Shown: positions 1 through 11,879 of the stretch, one piece after another | Layout of the letters: the number at the start of each line of letters is the position of its first letter | Position numbering within the stretch: the first letter of the stretch is position 1 | NCBI GenBank assembly: GCA_964016885.1 | Contig: OZ024746.1 | Span: 64,108,001-64,172,000, forward strand | Direction of reading: 5' to 3' | DNA: 64,000 nucleotides | Origin: Eledone cirrhosa | Lineage: Eukaryota | Position numbers and translations under genes: made by a program | Notes under the pieces: generated by a model | Seen by the model: only the letters and a program-made list of their open reading frames with translations | The model's database searches: none | Told to the model about the DNA's origin: nothing

Positions 1-869
1 GATTTCTACTGCTGGATGCTCTTCCTAACACCATGCTATAATGAATTGGAACTTAAAAGTGTACTTATATAATATGGTGGAAAGTTTAAATTTATATCTG
101 AATACTTTAAAACAGATGACTTTGTATCAGAACTAGGTGTTGTCTTAACCAAGTTAGTATTGAAAGGGTTAAGCAATTCCTGTTTATTCAAGAAAACACT
201 AAATAAAATGTTGGGTAAAAATTAAATTATTTTCTCACTATTTTTTTTTTTTCAATGATTTGAAAGATTTTGAACTCACAATGTAGAGGAACTCAATTAA
301 ATAATGTAAGATGTGAATCTATGTTGAACCTCTGTTGGTTATAAGTGTTCCAGATGTTTGAACAATAGAACAGCTTGCTTGTGTTTAAAACAGTGACAGA
401 ATCTATGAAGAATTTTGTGGTCTGCTGTTTCCACTTGCCATATCCTTATTTTTCCACAGCTGGCAGTGGATGAAGTGTTTGTTCATAATACCCTTGTTAA
501 TATAATAGGCTTGCTAATATAACTATGATGAGACAGAGGCAGTAAGTAAGCCCATTTGATGAATCATGAGCTTTCAAAAAGATTATATACATATTTATTC
601 CCTCAACATATTTTGATCATGATTGTCATGACAATCATGATCATCCTTTTTTTATATCTATTGTCTATGCTTACATGAGTTAGATAGGTTGTCACATTCT
701 GAAGCCAAACTAGTCATCTGACTGAGTCTCGTTCATACAGTCCACTCTAGGTTTACCTTCTACTGCTGGATGACCTTCCTGTGCTTTTTATTAGGACACC
801 AGCTTACTGAGTGGCCGTCTGCTTCTATTGTGGAACCAACACTACCACTTTACAGTGTGAGTTGCTATT

Positions 870-1301
870 TAAAACAAAAAGTAAGGACATGCTGGATAAT
901 ATAGTGCTAGATACTCTAATGTAGTGGTAAATACAGAAGACCTGAGTTCCCATGGGTACAAGCTGAAGCTGAAGCCTATAGACAATATGACCCCATGCCC
1001 CTCCCACTGTAAAGTGGTCATGTATGTGTCACGACAAAAAGCACCCAGTCCACACTGTATAGTGGTTATGTAGGTGTCACGACAAAAAGCACCCAGTCCA
1101 CATTGTAAAGTGGTCATGTAGGCACCATGGTAAAAAAGCACCCGGTTGGTGTTAGGAAGGGCATCCAACTGTAGAAACCGAGCCCAAATCAGTCCTGTAT
1201 GAACAAGACATGGTCACCTGACCTGGCATTGCCCACAACAGGACAATCTGTCTAACCCATGCTAGCATGGAAACATTGACATAAAACGGTGATGATGATG
1301 A
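870..1301 (+). mobile_element. RTE-associated composite tail: RTE ORF-end-like segment, 48-bp units, GGAAGGGCATCC module, (GAT)n tail
   Basis: About 2.5 copies of cacactgtaaagtggtcatgtaggtgtcacgacaaaaagcacccagtc, then gttaggaagggcatccaactgtagaaac and aacccatgctagcatggaa...gatgatgatg; same order at 13370-14170, 43710-44122 and 55680-56298. Confidence 0.7.
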
Positions 1302-2249
1302 CTCTATGCCTGTATAGGATGGTCACAACTGGAGCATTTTTTATCACAAGTTTTCTTAATCAGTATTAGCTTGTGGCTAATCAATGACATTTAACATTGT
1401 TTGGTACATTTTCCTCTAATACTCTCTACTATCTTTAAAATGGTGACTATATGTTATAAGTTTCAAATTTTGTTGTAGCATACCTCACACAATGGAAGAG
1501 GCTGTGACTATGACGCTGATTGAATGGATTATTTGATCAGTTATTTACGTCTGAAGCAGAACTGATTGGTATTTCTACACAATAACAGCAAAGGTGTTAC
1601 TTTGTTAATCTAAACCCAAGAGTGAAGTGCATTGCAGATGCATATTAATCTTTGAGGGTACATCTGTGCTGAGAAAAATAATGATTCTTTTAGATTACGA
1701 AATCATAAGTATGCAGCTTATATTAAATTATTGCTTTTGGTGTTGAGGATCAAACAGTTTTTTTTTATATAGATTTTACTGGTGGGTATTTTACAAGGTT
1801 CTCATCCTTGGTTTAAACTGAAAATAAATTTATTAACCAAGTAATTTGAATTGAGAGTTAACATAATGCAGTTGCCTTTTACTAAGATTTCCACCAGTTA
1901 CAATGCTAATCTGCAATATAGCTGATAGGTTGCTTTTTCTGAAAAAGAATACACATATGATAGTAAGTGGGGTATGTGTATTAGTACAAAATGTAGGGGG
2001 ATAAATTTTCTGTTTCAAATTTGCCGTAAAAACCCATATACACAACTACATATATACACAAGGGACAAATGTCCAAGTTTTAGGAAAATATTAGTCATTA
2101 GTGATAGAAAAGTAGTTTGAGGGCTGCGTATTTAGCAAAGTGGGGAATGCCATGTCAGATGACCATGTCTTGCTCATACAAAATTGATTTTTACCTTGGT
2201 TTCTGCAGCTGAATGCCCTTCCTAATGCCAACCACATGCTAGGTCAGTT

Positions 2250-3030
2250 TTTATCACCTCATCCCAAGTCTTCCTGGGTCTTCCCACTCCATGTCTTCCA
2301 TCAACTTTCAGCACTCTGCATCTGTTTATATAGCTTTCATCCTTCATACGCATCAAGTGTCCATACCAATGCAATCTCCTTTCCTGCACACTGCATCTAA
2401 TTTCTCTCTCAGGTCATTTATGTTTTATTGTTCATGTATATTACTATTACATGTCGAATGGAGCATGAAAGCTTCATTTCTTTCCAATCTTGGCAAGTCT
2501 TCTGCACACAACACCCAGGTCCCACTACCATGCAACATTGCTGTTCATAATGCATGCATCATACACTCTTTCATTTTGAGGCAAAAGCCTTTTGTAGCTA
2601 GCAATGGTAGTAGCTCCTTAAACTTCTTCCATTCAGTTCTCACTCTGGCTACTGCACTTTTGGGACACCTACCTCTGTTGTTAATTTGGTCACCCAGGTA
2701 GCAGAAGCTGTTTACTGCTCCTACCGAACCTTCCCAGCACTTGTTTTCTGTGGTCGTTTTCTGCTTACTGCTCTGGTGCAACAGCTACATGTAAAACCTA
2801 TATTCTTAGCTAAACTACCCGAGATCCCACTACATCTCTTGCATTTGGAATGGAGGATGGAATTTCTAACTACCTCCTGTGTAACCCATGATAGCGTGGA
2901 AGATAGACGTTAAACGATGATGATGATGATGTCTACATGCTGAGCAAGGCCATTTCCCCAAGGGGATCAGGGCTCTGTTTTCCCTTTTACTTACTAAGAG
3001 CTTAATCTTTGTCAGGTTGACTTTAAGAGT
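2250..3030 (-). mobile_element. Degenerate RTE LINE fragment (RT C-terminus), interrupted by a short (GAT)n-tailed insert at ~2880-2931
   Basis: Minus ORFs give FCYLGDQINNRGRCPKSAVARVRTEWKKFKELLPLL and LKVNLTKIKLLVSKRENRALIPLGKWPCSACR, homologous to ORF 41451..42614. Confidence 0.85.
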
Positions 3031-3469
3031 GCATGGAAGTGGTGGATATATAGGTGATAGAGTCAAGGGTGGGGCGAAAAAACAGATGAAGAGGAAGGAG
3101 TCAAGCTGTATTTGTATGCCCCAAAGACATGCAGTCATCAATGTAACATCTGTATAGCTCAAGAGTGGGGCAGGTATATTGGGAAACGATTTGGGTCTCA
3201 ACAGCTGACAGATAAATTGGTGTAGCTGGGACTCATTCATGAGTCCCAGATGAACAGACCTTCTTCAACACTAAATTCTTTTTTAATTCTTTTTAATTGT
3301 AATATTCAATAATTGATAAGATATATCACATCGAAACTGGTAATATTTTATATATTTTATATACATTATAAAACTCCTTTTTTTTTAAATATTGTCACTT
3401 TAACGGATCAAAGAAGAAAAAAAGAAAAACAGTCTTTAAATATATTTTCTGTGCTGTTTCCAAGCCTAT

Positions 3470-3516
<47 letters not shown>

Positions 3517-3528
<12 letters not shown>

Positions 3529-3798
3529 GAGATTGAGGTGGTATGGACATGTGATGCGCATGGAGGATGACCGATGGGTGAAGAAGTGCCAGGAAATGCC
3601 AGTTGAAGGAAGACGTGGTAGAGGTAGACCACGAAAAACATGGGCGGAGGTGGTGAGAACAGACCTCAGATCATTGAAGCTCACGGTGGAGATGACGAAG
3701 GACCGTGACGAGTGGAGAGATGCTGTGCTGAATAAGACCCGTCCCACCCTTGCAAGCAGGGAAAAGCGGACGTAAAATGATGATGATGATGATGATGA
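3517..3798 (+). mobile_element. 5'-truncated RTE LINE 3' end inserted in (TA)n
   Basis: RWYGHVMRMEDDRWVKKC...ASREKRT* followed by (ATG)n; nearly identical to 42362-42643. Confidence 0.92.
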
Positions 3799-4212
3799 TA
3801 TATATATATAAAAAAGAATTAAAATAATTTTAAATATGATTTCTTTTTTACTTTTATTTATAGATATACTTTTTTGCCCTTCATTGCCTGCAGTCGCCAC
3901 AATGACAAGTCTGGTGTGTAGAATTACTTGGCATTTCTACAATGTTAATTTCTTGTCATTTAGTGTATATATCACCATTACAAAACTAAAAACTAATTTT
4001 TCAATTCTATTGCAATTTTGTTTTTGTTCAGTGTACATCCAAATAATCCTGTAGTCATCTGATTTGTTTTTTTTTACCTCTCTGAAACCTTATATAGATT
4101 TATAGCTAAGCTCCCCTGTATAACTGCTAACTCTACTCTCACGTCTTCCACATGTGGCCATCATGTTGAATTAGATGACACATCAAATTAAAGCTGGTTA
4201 CTCTTAGGTAAA

Positions 4213-4425
4213 TAATTGTTTCTACTTTTGGCACAAGGCCAGCAATTTGAAGGGAAGGAGAAAGTCTATGAAATCAATCCTAGTGCATTACTGGTACACT
4301 ATTTCATCGACCCTGTAATGATGAAAGGCAAATCTAACATTGGCAGGATTTTAACTCAGAATGTTAAGGGACATAACTATATGCTGCAAAGTAGTCTGAT
4401 ACTCTACTGATCCTGTCAATCTACT
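4213..4425 (-). mobile_element. tRNA-derived SINE family A, degenerate
   Basis: Reverse complement of the family A core (atgaaaggcaaa...ggatttt aactcaga) and tail ttgtttctacttttggcacaaggcc. Confidence 0.75.
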
Positions 4426-4658
4426 GTACCCACTCTTAGGTAAATAATGTGAAAGTTTCAAACACTAGCAATCTTATTTTTGTTCAGAGTTCTAGAAATT
4501 AGAATTAGCTAAGTCTTCAGGCTGCTAACCTAAAACACTAGAATTAAAGGTTCATATCTTATTACCAACACTGCTGTGTCACTACATATGACTCTTAAGT
4601 CAAAGACATCTTGTCCACTTAGTTGTAAATAGATACCATGCGGAGGAATACTATATAT

Positions 4659-4904
4659 CAGGGGCATGCAATAATTTTTACCTTGTAGGCTTATTTAGAA
4701 TTTTTTTCGTAACCATAATACAATTTTCTGTTAGTTGACCTATACTAAAGGGCTTCACAGGATTATGTGTATTATAATTTCCCAGTTCCATGTTATGGAA
4801 AGAAGTTGTGAATCTTTGGAATAATGTTTAATAAATATCAATGGCCTAATAGTTGTTCCAATGTTCAAAAGTGGCCCACCAATGGAATATGTTGCACATC
4901 CCTG
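4659..4904. mobile_element. hAT-type MITE
   Basis: Imperfect TIRs caggggcatgcaa / ttgcacatccctg with 8-bp TSD ctatatat / ctatacat. Confidence 0.75.
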
Positions 4905-4936
4905 CTATACATTATTGTATATCATGTAAGTTCAAT

Positions 4937-5048
4937 ACAAGAGTCAGCTGAAAAGTTAATAAGAGTTGAAATTAATGCATTCAAGATTTCACAGCTTTAG
5001 CATCACTCCTTCATAGTTAGCTTATGAACTTTTCAGCTGGTCCTCATA
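4937..5048. mobile_element. Small mariner-like MITE
   Basis: Inverted ends tacaagagtcagctgaaaagttaataag / cttatgaacttttcagctggtcctcata, TA-flanked. Confidence 0.6.
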
Positions 5049-5326
5049 TTACTGAATGTCATGTAAGTTCTATATGTTCCATTTTATGTTGAATTTTTAG
5101 AGCATCAGACAAGATACTTTGCTTTATTTACTTAAGGCGTTTTATATTCTGAATTCAAATACTTCCAGGGCCAACTTTGATCCTTATTTTGTCAACCTTT
5201 AGAAAGATGGAAGGCAATCATTCAGATGCTGGGTATGATTTAACTCTTAACATCCTGTACCACTCGAAACCACATCAGCAAAACATTTTTGAAAAATACA
5301 AAACAGCATTTTGATTGCATCACAGA

Positions 5327-5512
5327 GGGCGGTGAATTGGCAGTATCGGTGGAGGGTCAGACATGCTTTCCAGCATAGTTACGTCCCTTTACGATCTGAG
5401 TTCAAATCCTGCCGAGGTTAACTTTGCTTTTCATCCATACAGAAGTCGATAAAATAAAGTACCAGTAATGTACTGGGTAATTGCTGGCCTTGTGCCAAAA
5501 GTAGAAACAATT
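5327..5512 (+). mobile_element. tRNA-derived SINE family A
   Basis: A-box tggcagtatcgg, B-box gagttcaaatcc, core gaggttaactttgcttttcatcc...gtcgataaaataaagtaccag, tail gtagaaacaatt. Confidence 0.88.
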
Positions 5513-6264
5513 ATGATTGCATTACATAAACATTTTAAGTCTTTAGTTTACTACAATTTTCAGTGATCTGACCATCAGTAAATACACTATAAACATTTGA
5601 ATGAAAGTCTGTTTTTAGATATTTTCTGCTAAACCATTACAGGATGTTTAGAGATAATCAGTTGCATTCTCTTCCAAAATTTGTGGTCTTGTATCTGATA
5701 AAATCTCCCTATACACCTGGAAATTGCAAATAGATAACTTCTGGTCAATCACTTTAAGAATTTACTGCAAGAATATGCTTACTGTTTATTCTGAAGTGCT
5801 CAGAATCAAATATAATCCTGAACACTCACCTCCCATGGGTTGATAAGCAGAAGATAATAACTATTCTTGTGACAGGAGCAAAAGATATGCTTTATTCTTT
5901 TGTTTCATGATTAGAATACCAAGGAAAGGTAACACAAACTCAAAAGCAATAAAATATGCAATATATACCGAAACTCTTGAGACTTTCAAATATTTATTTT
6001 GTTATATGTATGACAAAGCAGCAAAATGGCAGTCATTAGGATGTTGAATAAAATAAGTTGTGGTATTCAATTCTGTAGTTTGTGTTCAAAACCAGCCGAA
6101 ATTGTCTTTGCCATTCATCATATTGAGGTTAATAAATAAAGTACCAGTATAGTACTGGAGTCTATCCTTCACTCCTTTTCTATGTCTTCTCCGTACCCCC
6201 CCCCCCCGCTCTATCTCTCTCTCTTGTCATTTTCAGCTGAATGGATTGGACACAATGTAAAACG

Positions 6265-7721
6265 AAGTACCGTGTTCAGAGACACAAAGTACCTTGTCAG
6301 AGACACAAAGTACCTTGTTCAGAGACACAAAGTACCTTGTTCAGAGACACAAAGTATCTTGTCAGAGACACAAAGTACCTTGTTCAGAGACACAAAGTAC
6401 CTTGTCAGAGACACAAAGTACTTTGTTCAGAGACACAAAGTACCTTGTCAGAGACACAAAGTACCTTGTTCAGAGACACAAAGTACCTTGTCAGAGACAC
6501 AAAGTACCTTGTCAGAGACACAAAGTACCTTGTCAGAGACACAAAGTACTTTGTTCAGAGATACAAAGTACCTTGTCAGAGACACAAAGTACTTTGTAAG
6601 AGACACAAAGTACCTTGTTCAGAGACACAAAGTACCTTGTCAGAGACACAAAGTACCTTGTCAGAGACACAAAGTACTTTGTTCAGAGACACAAAGTACC
6701 TTGTCAGAGACACAAAGTACCTTGCCAGAGACACAAAGTACCTTGCCAGAGACACAAAGTACCGTGTTCAGAGACACAAAGTACCGTGTTCAGAGACACA
6801 AAGTACCTTGACATAGACACAAAGTACCTTGTCAGAGACACAAAGTACCTTGTCAGAGACACAAAGTACCTTGTTCAGAGACACAAAGTACCGTGTTCAG
6901 AGACACAAAGTACCTTGACATAGACACAAAGTACCTTGTCAGAGACACAAAGTTCCTTGTTCAGAGACACAAAGTACCTTGTCAGAGACACAAAGTACCT
7001 TGTCAGAGACACAAAGTACCTTGTCAGAGACACAAAGTACCTTGTTCAGAGACACAAAGTACCTTGTCAGAGACACAAAGTACCTTGTCAGAGACACAAA
7101 GTACCTTGTCAGAGACACAAAGTACTTTGTTCAGAGATACAAAGTACCTTGTCAGAGACACAAAGTACTTTGTCAGAGACACAAAGTACCTTGTTCAGAG
7201 ACACAAAGTACCTTGTCAGAGACACAAAGTACCTTGTCAGAGACACAAAGTACCTTGTCAGAGACACAAAGTACTTTGTTCAGAGATACAAAGTACCTTG
7301 TCAGAGACACAAAGTACTTTGTAAGAGACACAAAGTACCTTGTTCAGAGACACAAAGTACCTTGTCAGAGACACAAAGTACCTTGTCAGAGACACAAAGT
7401 ACTTTGTTCAGAGACACAAAGTACCTTGTCAGAGACACAAAGTACCTTGCCAGAGACACAAAGTACCTTGCCAGAGACACAAAGTACCGTGTTCAGAGAC
7501 ACAAAGTACCGTGTTCAGAGACACAAAGTACCTTGACATAGACACAAAGTACCTTGTCAGAGACACAAAGTACCTTGTCAGAGACACAAAGTACCTTGTT
7601 CAGAGACACAAAGTACCGTGTTCAGAGACACAAAGTACCTTGACATAGACACAAAGTACCTTGTCAGAGACACAAAGTACCTTGTTCAGAGACACAAAGT
7701 ACCTTGTCAGAGACACAAAGT
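6265..7721. repeat. 21/22-bp minisatellite (cagagacacaaagtaccttgt[t])n with 725-bp higher-order duplication
   Basis: Visible directly; identical ORF translations offset by 725 bp (6615 vs 7340, 6893 vs 7618). Confidence 0.97.
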
Positions 7722-7799
7722 CCCACATAGTTTAGGAATCGAATTTGTGATCTTACAATCAGGCGACCGATGCTATCCATTCATCTTCACTTTATTATG

Positions 7800-8135
7800 T
7801 TTAAAGGCCCCACTCAGTCTTGAATGACCATGGTTTTGCACCTACGAACTTTCCCTCCAAGGCACATCCTGGGCAAGGTTTATTTTGTGGAAGATCAGTA
7901 GTCATCCATGCATACCAGTCTCCCCTCTCCACGCCACCAATGCTGTCCAAGGGAAAGGCAATGGCCAATACAACTTGGCACCAGTGACATTGCAACTCAT
8001 TTCTACAGCTGAGTAAACTGGAGCAACGTGAAATAAAGTGTCTTGCTCAAGGACACAACGCATCACCAAGTCCGAGAATCAAACTCACAACCTCTCAATT
8101 GCAAACCCAATGCTCTAACCACTAAGCCATGCACC
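7800..8135 (-). mobile_element. tRNA/CORE-like SINE family B with alternative 3' module
   Basis: Reverse complement of tggcttagtggttag, gagtttgattc and gtgtccttgagcaagacacttta; 3' part differs from the copy at 43357. Confidence 0.85.
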
Positions 8136-8158
8136 TTTACATTATTATTATTATTGAA

Positions 8159-8555
8159 AGGGCGATGGATTGGCAGTATCGGGAGAGGGTTGGACGCCAT
8201 GCTTTGACGCAAAGACTTACGGCCCTTTCCATTCTGAGTTCAAATCCCGCTGAGGTTAACTTTGCCTTTCATCCTTTTGGGGTCAATAAAATAAGGTACC
8301 AGTAATGCACTGGGTATTTGCTGGCCTTGTGCCAAAAAGTAGAAACAATTATTATTATTGGATTGGCAGTATCGGTAGAGGGTCGGACTCCATGCAGTGC
8401 AGCATAGAGTTACGGCCCTTGCCATTCTGAGTTCAAATCCCGCTAAGGTTAACTTTGCCTTTCATCCTTACAGGGTCGATAAAATAAAGTACCAGTAATG
8501 CACTGGGTAATTGCTGGCCTTGTGCCAAAAGTAGAAACAATTATTATTATTATTA
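8159..8555 (+). mobile_element. Two head-to-tail SINE A copies
   Basis: Two A-box/B-box/core units joined through an (ATT)n tail. Confidence 0.88.
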
Positions 8556-8885
8556 TGTTTAGGCTTATATGTATACCCCTAGAACATCTAGCAGCATTCA
8601 GAGGCTGCCTATTCACACTATAACAATGTTTTTACAGGCAGCCTCTGGGTCAAATTTTCATTTTTCATTTTCCTATTCTCTTTGCGCTATCTTCCATGAT
8701 AAGTTTGGGTTCAAAGTAACCCTTTTATGCAATTCTGTCGAGGTTACCTGATGAGATTGTCCTGTCTTGCATCATAAATAGATGATGGAGCTAGGGCATT
8801 GAAATATGTATAGTGATTTCACAGAATTAAAATTTTAAAGCATATCGTCCAGTCCTGCCTTCTGTTGTCATTTTATATATATATA

Positions 8886-9082
8886 TAGTTCGTTTTTGAA
8901 TTTGTTTTGCGAGATTATTTATCTGAAAAAGTGTGTTGCAACAGATATAGTTATACTTTGGGAGGGTTATAGATAAACAACTTTCCGGTTATCGAACCAA
9001 CCAACCAGAAGCTTATAATAAATTGAAGTGAAAACCAACAGGTCCGTGTATTTTTATTGGCAACATGACCCTCCCAAAGTAT
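8886..9082. repeat. Foldback repeat family, deleted copy (fuller copy at 21356-21621)
   Basis: atactttgggagggt ... accctcccaaagtat inverted; body shared with 21356-21621. Confidence 0.75.
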
Positions 9083-9104
9083 TTATATATATATATATAT
9101 ATAT

Positions 9105-9203
9105 ATATTTATTAAAATAACAGATTAAAGTTTAAGCAAAGAATCGCTGCTTTCACCCTTACCGGGATCTTCGGAAACTTTAATCTGTTATTTTAATAAA
9201 TAT
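9105..9203 (-). ncRNA. Type I hammerhead-like motif with CCGAAGA core and 29-bp perfect stem I
   Basis: Minus strand: stem I - CCGAAGA - t ccc ggtaa ggg t - GAAA gca...tgc - CUU site - stem I'; arms 9105-9133 and 9175-9203 are perfectly complementary. Confidence 0.55.
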
Positions 9204-9464
9204 TTGCTCTACAGTTCTTATATATTTGATATATATTCAAAGCTAGTGTCCTTCTAGACATGTTTGAGAATCACATCCTGCTCATATATTTTGTTTTTGG
9301 CATGGTTTTTATGGCTGGAGGCTCATCCTAATACTAATTACTGTGTAGAGTGTAATGGGTGCATTTTATCATGACACCAGCTCGAGAGTTGTTCTTACAT
9401 CTTTGACAACATTAAAAGATCCTCTTGACCCTATATATATATAAAATGATGATCATCATCATCA

Positions 9465-9715
9465 TTTTACGTCTGCTTTTCCCTGCTTGCAAGGGTGGGA
9501 CGGGAACTGATTCTGGCTTGATTTCTACAGCTGGATGCCCTTCCTAACACCAACCTCATTTACACTGAGTGCTGGGTGCTTTTTTGCCGTGGCACCTCCA
9601 CGGCCACTTTGCAGTGGAATGATAGGGACCCCAGTCCCTATCATCTCATTTCTACAGCTGAGTAAACTGGAGCATCACCCGGTCTGAGAATTGAACTCAC
9701 AACCTTTCGATTGCA
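9465..9715 (-). mobile_element. SINE B with RTE-type tail, internally deleted
   Basis: Reverse complement of 43357-43701 lacking the CORE-like segment. Confidence 0.85.
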
Positions 9716-10324
9716 AATATATATATATATATATATATAATAACCAGTATTTATTTAGCGATGGGATTCCTATACACCAACCATCCTCTTGTCATGCATT
9801 ATATCTCCTATTTGGGGATGAATTTATCAAGATGACCCAGAGAACCCCCACCCCTGCTCTTCAACATCAGAGTGAAGTCTATATGTAAGTAGCTAACTTG
9901 TTAATGGAGATCTTTGTATTTTTTTATGAACCCATAACTCCCGGTAGAGACATAGGAGCATCATAGCATCATACAGTGTTTCCTGGGCATTTTTTAAACA
10001 TATCCTCCCCAGGTCTGAATGTAGTCTTTCTTCCAGAGATGGAGAGATAGTGATAGAGAAAAGTGAGGAAGAGATATAAAGGAAGAAACGATCCTAGTAT
10101 TGTTCTGGTACTTTTTTATTGACCTTAAAAGGATGAAAGGCAAAGTTAACCTTGGCTGGATTTGAACTCAGTGTAGAAAGCCAGAATGAATACCTCAAAG
10201 CATTCAATTTGATGTGCTAAAGACTCTGCTAATTTACCACCTCTCAGGGTGTTATATAGAGCAGAGTAAACCCAGTTTTTTGTTGCAGTGGCATCATCAT
10301 CATCATCATCATCATCATTATTAT

Positions 10325-11153
10325 TGGCAGTATCAGTAGAGTGTCAGACATCATGCTTTGCAGCATGATCTGAGTTCAAATCCCGCCAAGGTTAACTTTG
10401 CCTTTCATCCTTACGGGGTTGATGAAATAAAGTACCAGTAATGCACTGGGATAATTGCTGGCCTTGTGCCAAAAGTAGAAATAATAATTATTATTATTGG
10501 ATTGGCAGTATTGGTAGTGCCAGACACCATGCTTTGCAGCATAGTTATGGCCCTTTACGTTCAGAGTTCTAATCCCGCCGAGGTTAACTTTGCCTTTCAT
10601 CCTTACGGGGTCGATAAAATAAAGTACCAGTAATACACTGAGATAATTGCTGGCCTTGTGCCATAAGTAGAAACAATTATTATTATTATTATCAGGGTGG
10701 TAGATTGGCAGTATTAGGAGAGTGTCAGACATGCTTCGCAGCATAGAGCTATGGCCCTTTATGTTCTGAGTTCAAATCCTGCTATGGTTAACTTTGCCTT
10801 TCATCCTTACGGGGGTCAATAAAATAAAGCACCAGTAATACACTGCGGTTGAGTTAATTGGCTTGCCCCTTTCCCCCACCGAAAAATTGTTGGCTTTGTG
10901 CTTTAATCAGAAACCCTTATTATTATTGTTATTATTATCTCTTCTCTTCGAAGGGCGGTGGATTGGTAGTATTGGTAGAGGGTCGGACGCCATGCTTTGC
11001 AGCATAGAGTAACGGCCCTTTATGGTCTGAGTTCAAATCCCGCCGAGGTTAACTTTGCCTTTCATCCTTAAGGGGTCGATAAAATAAAGTACCAGTAATG
11101 CACTGGGTAATTGCTGGCCTTGTGCCAAAAGTAGAAACAATTATTATCTCTTC
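10325..11153 (+). mobile_element. Array of four head-to-tail SINE A copies
   Basis: Repeated A/B boxes and core; last copy flanked by 14-bp TSD attattatctcttc (10931-10944 / 11140-11153). Confidence 0.9.
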
Positions 11154-11659
11154 ACATTTCCTGCTGGTTAGCCCTGTACAGCTCTCACAGTGTCTCACTA
11201 CTCTTCCTGATTTAGCACACACTGTAACAGAAGAAACCATCCTTGTGGTGTATGCCTTTTTTTATTGACAGCTTTCTGCTTTTCCCATCCGTTTTACAGC
11301 ACAGACTGGACCACTGGCTCTAGTGAGATTGTCTATGACAAGACTAGAGTATTCATTATCTTATGTTACCTCTGTTCATTCTTATTAACATATCATACAT
11401 AATTTATAACAAACTTATTTACAAATCTTCCTTTATTCTTTTTTTATTTTTCATTTTTAGCAAAACTTATATATCTAGTTGTTGTTGGACCACTGGCAAT
11501 TCTGATGAGTACTCCAGTTGATTCAATCAATAGAACTGCTTGCTTATGAAATTACTATCTAAGTGGCTGAGCATTCCACTATAAGATACTTAATCATTTC
11601 TGTACAAGCAAATATACACTCTATTGGATGGCCATTGACTAACATGAGCTGACTCTTAA

Positions 11660-11879
11660 CCCTTTAGCATTTAAACCAGCCATATCCGGCCAGAATTCTC
11701 TAACCTCTTTCTGTTCAAACCAGCTGTAACCAGCCACTCATACTGATGTTAAGGTATTGTTCTCAAAATAAATAATATCAAAATCTCATAGATTCGACAT
11801 TATGTGAGGTAATTATGTGAAATAAAATGTTTTCATAAAAATATAATAGTAAATATAAAGTAATGTAAATGCTAAAGGG
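11660..11879. mobile_element. piggyBac-type MITE
   Basis: TTAA|ccctttagcattta ... taaatgctaaaggg|TTAA: 14-bp perfect TIR with TTAA TSD. Confidence 0.88.

Noticed and set aside
460-541. Candidate + strand exon (ttttccacag ... gtaagt)
   Set aside because: Stops in all three frames and no partner exon
6182-7827. Long repetitive ORFs (SETQSTL / RDTKYLV / QRHKVPC)
   Set aside because: Open in all three frames because the minisatellite unit lacks stops; 21/22-bp mixing shifts frame constantly
9755-10050. Possible old PLE RT fragment on minus strand (QEDGWCIGIP)
   Set aside because: Single weak motif; cannot be supported without a profile search
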